Shown: positions 62,523 through 64,000 of the stretch, piece after piece
Layout of the letters: each line of letters starts with the position of its first letter
How positions within the stretch are numbered: the stretch's first letter is position 1
The notes under the pieces: generated by a model
Told to the model about the DNA's origin: nothing
Database searches by the model: none
Seen by the model: only the letters and a program-made list of their open reading frames with translations
Source of the DNA: Candidatus Marinacidobacterales bacterium
GTDB taxonomy: Bacteria; Acidobacteriota; Vicinamibacteria; Marinacidobacterales; SMYC01
Length of the DNA stretch: 64,000 nt
Reading direction: 5' to 3'
Assembly (NCBI GenBank): GCA_965237955.1
Contig: OZ250169.1
Location: 6,080,001-6,144,000 of the forward strand
Translations under genes and position numbers: made by a program

Positions 62523-64000
62523 TCACGACTCGCCCGCCGTCGACTCGTTGTCGTCGTCTTTGCTGTCCGCACTTTCCCTTTCTTCTTCCGCGTCTTTCTC
62601 GGCGCTTTTCTCCGGACGCGTCGCCGCGCGCAGGTCGCGCGCCATCTTCGCTAGGCGGCGCTCCACTTTGCCGTAGACCGACCCCACGGGGTATTTTCCG
62701 GCCTGCACGTGGCCGGCAACGGTTCCGGTCAAAAGCTCGATCCCCTCCTCGATTGTCGTGATCGGATAAATCTGGAACTTCCCCTCGGCAACTGCATCGA
62801 CGACATCTTTGCGGAGCATCAAGTCGTCCACGTTCGACGCCGGGATCATCACCCCTTGGGTCCCGGTGAGCCCGGCCGTGGAACAGGTATCGAAGAACCC
62901 TTCGATCTTCTCGTTCACACCACCAATAGCCTGCACTTCACCTTTCTGGTTCACCGAGCCGGTCACCGCGATGTCCTGCCGTAGCGGCAATCCGGAGATG
63001 GCGGACAAGAGCGCGTACAGCTCTGTCGACGAAGCACTATCACCATCGACGCCGCTGTAGCTTTGCTCGAACGCAAGGCTCGCCGATAACGTCATCGGCC
63101 GTCTTTGCCCGAAGCGCGAGCGCAAGTAGCCCGCCAAAATCAACATACCTTTGTTGTGGCTTTTGCCCGAGAGGTCAGATTCGCGCTCGATATTAATGAT
63201 GCCCGCGCGGCCGGTGGCGACCGTGGCCGTGATCTTGGTCGGGCGGCCGAAACGATAGTCACCGAGGTCGTAGACCGACAGCCCATTCACCTGGCCTTCG
63301 CGCGCGCCGCGGCTCGTGATCATGATGATGCCTTCCTCGATCATCTCGGAAATACGAGTCTCGAGGAGGTTGCGCCGTTCGACGCGCTCTTGGATCGTTT
63401 GGTCGATGTGCTCGCTCCGAATGACGGACGCGCTCTCCTTCTCGGCCCAATAGTTGGCTTCGCGAAGCAGATCCGCGATATCGCTGAACCGCGTCGAGAG
63501 CTTGTTCTGCCGTCCGGCAATGCGAACGCCATGTTCCACCACCGCAGCCGCCGCAGATCGATCTAGCGGCCTCAGCCCTTCGGTCTCGGTCGTGCGCGCG
63601 ATGAACGCGCCGTAACGCTCGATCGACTCCGGGGTGCGCTCCATCACGGTGTCGAAGTCCGCCTTGATCTTGAACGTCTTCCGGAAGTCTGGGTCGTGCT
63701 GGTAAAAGATCTGATACGACTGCGGGTCGCCGATGAGCACGACCTTCACGTCGACGTCGATCGGTTCGGGTTTCAAGGCGGTGGCGGTAAACAGATATGC
63801 CGGATCGAAGCCCTGAATATCGACTTTACCGCTCTTGAGTGTGCGCTTGAGCGACTGGTACACGCCGGGCTCGGACAAAACCTCGAGAAACGACAGCACC
63901 AGATAGCCTCCGGCCGCTTTGAGCAAGCTCCCCGCCTTGATCTTGGTGAAATCGGTCTGCGTTTGACCGCTTCGATCCCAGTTGCGCTCGATCGTACCGA
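62523..64000 (-). CDS. Lon-like S16 protease (LonC/YcbZ type), 5' end beyond window
   Basis: GQVNGLSV, FEQSYSGVDGDSAS, AVTGSVNQKG, IGGVNEKIEGFF. Confidence 0.92.
   Translation of the reverse strand, partial: GTIERNWDRSGQTQTDFTKIKAGSLLKAAGGYLVLSFLEVLSEPGVYQSLKRTLKSGKVDIQGFDPAYLFTATALKPEPIDVDVKVVLIGDPQSYQIFYQHDPDFRKTFKIKADFDTVMERTPESIERYGAFIARTTETEGLRPLDRSAAAAVVEHGVRIAGRQNKLSTRFSDIADLLREANYWAEKESASVIRSEHIDQTIQERVERRNLLETRISEMIEEGIIMITSRGAREGQVNGLSVYDLGDYRFGRPTKITATVATGRAGIINIERESDLSGKSHNKGMLILAGYLRSRFGQRRPMTLSASLAFEQSYSGVDGDSASSTELYALLSAISGLPLRQDIAVTGSVNQKGEVQAIGGVNEKIEGFFDTCSTAGLTGTQGVMIPASNVDDLMLRKDVVDAVAEGKFQIYPITTIEEGIELLTGTVAGHVQAGKYPVGSVYGKVERRLAKMARDLRAATRPEKSAEKDAEEERESADSKDDDNESTAGES

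Overview
A GC-rich Gram-negative bacterial chromosome segment; gene content suggests Acidobacteriota (inference). 1-7.5 kb holds a minus-strand run: ugd, galE, an aminotransferase, msbA, yicC, gmk and udg. 7.6-16.5 kb is a surface-polysaccharide region with three GT4 and one GT2 glycosyltransferase, a WcaJ-type priming transferase, a UDP-glucuronate decarboxylase and a PilZ protein. It also contains an orphan selenosugar synthase (senB-like) and several gene remnants. A CTAG-ended MITE family occurs three times, and two copies bracket a self-contained membrane-protein gene. The most striking region is an ~18-kb island (25.9-44.1 kb) of two tandem giant exported-protein genes of about 2,200 aa each once reconstructed, both behind sigma-54-like promoters. 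They carry different N-terminal modules fused to a shared TAVEL-Ig-like-C25 (gingipain/PorU-like) C-terminal module. One is broken by IS21, IS256 and a frameshift; the other by three frameshifts and an amber stop. The remainder is ordinary: pepP, mltF-like, pgsA-like, MFS, TPR proteins, DUF349, copA, def-fmt, a GGDEF-EAL protein, an SH3-beta-barrel protein, a GDPD and a Lon-like protease. No rRNA, tRNA or CRISPR array was seen. Domain calls come from motif recognition by eye, not from database searches.
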